Source: Pristiophorus japonicus
Lineage: Eukaryota
DNA length: 64,000 bases
Assembly (NCBI RefSeq): GCF_044704955.1
Contig: NC_091992.1
Coordinates: 128,092,001 to 128,156,000, forward strand
Reading direction: 5' to 3'
Position numbers and translations under genes: made by a program. Under the pieces are notes generated by a model. That model was not told the origin of the DNA, made no database searches, and was given only the letters and a program-made list of their open reading frames with translations. Below are positions 61,813-64,000 of this stretch, in pieces (the first letter of the stretch is position 1; each line of letters begins with the position of its first letter).

Positions 61813-62382
61813 ATTCTCTGCATTCGGTGCGGTGGCCCCGACCTGCAAGGACCATCGGCAGGTCGGGGCCTTCAAAGGTGCATACCGCTTCAAGGTACAG
61901 CGCGTGCTGGAGAGCGAGGGCTGTGAAGAGGGCGACTGGATTGGACGTCACCATAATCCAGGTCGCTGATTGGAGCGTGGGCAGGTACAGCAGGAGCGGT
62001 GAGTGATCGTGGCGCGATGTGATCGGGGCCCAGGAGAGGCGCGAGTTCGGGGCCCAGAAGAGGCGAGGGCCCAGGGGCAGCACAGGCCAGCCCACACTGC
62101 GATGTGTGCGCGCACTAGGCCCATGCAGCAGAGCTGGTCTCCAGTCATCTTGGTTAACCCTTGCCACTGGACCAAGACCGAGCTCTGTCAAGCCCGTGTG
62201 GTGGCTGGTGTGCAACGGTCACCACACGTTAAAAAAATCCACACACTGGCATCTTCCACCCTTCAACATGTGGTTCGAGATCTGGAATATTAGGTCCTTC
62301 ATTGAAACACCTGTGAACTCATCCCTTTTTTGGCGTGGAAGCAAGTCATCCTCGATACGTGGGACTGTCTATGATGATGATG
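61813..62382 (+). mobile_element. RTE-tailed SINE-like retroposon with a 10-bp TSD
   Basis: TSD ACGTCTCTGT (61803-61812, 62383-62392), (GAT)n tail, homologous to 11112-11736. Confidence 0.85.
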
Positions 62383-63744
62383 ACGTCTCTGTGATGGCTA
62401 TTAGATCAAACCCATTTATCTCTATTTGTGCCACTACTTCATCTCACTCCAAGTTCTTCTCCAGCTGCGATAGATATCCTTGGCACCAGGCAGGCAACAC
62501 AACCTCCGGAACTCCCTGTCACGGAGAACAGTATCTATCCCACTGACTATACTGTCCTCTACCACTACCACATTCCTTCCTTCTCCACCACTTGGATGGC
62601 TACCTGCATCATGGTGCCGTGATCAGTTCGCCCATCCTCCCTGCTGTCCTTCTCCTCATCCATACAGGGAGCAAGTGCCTCATACCTGTTGGACAGGGTC
62701 AAAGGCTAAGGCTCCTCCAACACTGCGCCCTGGGCCCCCATACCTTCCTGACTCGCAGTCACACCCTCCAGTCCCTATCAATTGTTTAACTCTAAAGTAC
62801 TACTGAACCTTAAGGGTATGACTGCCTCCTGGAGCAAAGTGTCCAGGTAACTCTCTCCCTCCCTGATGCATCGCAATGTCTCACCCTTTCTTAGCTTCTG
62901 CCCTCCTTTCCTTTCAAGTCCCCCATAGCAGCGGGCAGCACAGGAGGAAGATGACGGTGAGGACCGAGCTACCCAAGAGTCGAAGCATTCTAGCGCCGCT
63001 TCTCAGGACAGCAGCACATGCCAGGCCTCCAGCCGTCCCCCTCACAGTGGGACATGGGAAGCAACACCAACCTGCCAAGGAGTAAACTGACCTGAGACGA
63101 GGGCCCCTTTAGTCCCATGAGCCTCTTGTAGAGCGTGAGCAGCCAATCACCTCCCTTCCATGATCCTGGCCCTCGAGTGGCACCGAGAAGAAGCAGGTGC
63201 CCTTAGGCTATGCCGTACATGATCCTGAGAAGCCCCGATATGAGGTAGCAGGTGGGGGGTCCAACAATCTGCCAGTGGTCTGACTCAGTGAGAAACAGGT
63301 TGAAGAAAGTGCAGGTGTCTGTAGCCAGAATGAATTTTTTAAAACTGCTTTAAAAATCGTTTCCTACCTGCAGAAATCTGAAGTTAAAGATTTCCAGCGT
63401 CTCGTTTCAGCGCTAGGGTTTCAACTCCTGGTCAGTATTTAGGAGTCCTCCTGGCAGATGCACCCATGTGAACGTCAGATTGGCTGTGGCTGTGATTCTC
63501 CCATGGTAAAATAGCAGACATACGCTCTCTATTTAGGCCACTTAGGTGAGGTACCAGAGAGCTGTATACACCAACGTGAGTTACTGCTCGTAACTTTTAG
63601 GTTTCTATTCTGTTTCTTCTCTGAATATTCTTTTTTCTGCTGTTTGAGACCCATGTTAAATGAAGAAAGTTATATGCAAAAGTTTACTCGTTTATTTATT
63701 TAAATCACGTAACTCTTAATGTTTGCAACTTCTTTCAGCCTTTA

Positions 63745-63920
63745 TAAGAACATAAGAATTAGGAGTAGGAGTCAACCATTCGGCCCCTCGAGCCTGCTCC
63801 ATCATTCAATAAGATCATGGCTGATCATCAACCTCAACTCCACTTTCCCGGCCTAGCCCCATATCCCTTAATTCCCCCTGAGTCCAAAAATCTATCTATC
63901 TCAACATTGAACATACTAAA
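63745..63920 (-). mobile_element. CR1 3' tail fragment
   Basis: ATAAGAACATAAGAATTAGGAG..CGGCCCCTCGAGCCTGCTCC. Confidence 0.8.
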
Positions 63921-64000
63921 TTTATTACTTCATAAATCTATTCAATTATCATAAAACATTTCTCTCCTGTATCACATGACACTAAGATGTTTGGACAAGT

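Overview
Eukaryotic, repeat-dense vertebrate DNA. The repeat content (CR1, RTE, L2, Penelope, DeuSINE/SacSINE1-like, Harbinger, Gypsy) points to a cartilaginous fish such as a shark; this is an inference. One host gene can be assembled by hand on the + strand from phase-1 exons: a signal-peptide exon (17681-17717), three Ig-domain exons (33557-33865, 39745-40035, 41780-42064) and a short hydrophobic terminal exon (46883-46965). It would encode a PECAM1/allergin-like protein with only three Ig domains and a GPI-signal-like end. The most notable element is a very young 6.05-kb endogenous retrovirus in intron 1 (21167-27218, - strand). It has about 680-bp LTRs differing at only 2 positions that I could see, a CGTG target-site duplication (TSD), a tRNA-Ser primer-binding site (PBS), a polypurine tract (PPT) and intact splice sites. 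It has no recognisable pol and only a decayed A-rich gag region, yet it keeps a near-intact env resembling a Mononegavirales F protein (lokiretrovirus-like) and a 36-aa membrane micro-ORF. This looks like an env-only satellite provirus. Other items are two decayed Gypsy elements (one LTR lies just upstream of the gene's first coding exon), a near-perfect 232-bp inverted repeat, a CR1/RTE chimera present twice, nested Harbinger MITEs and a Penelope hammerhead remnant. All family assignments are from pattern recognition; no searches were run.
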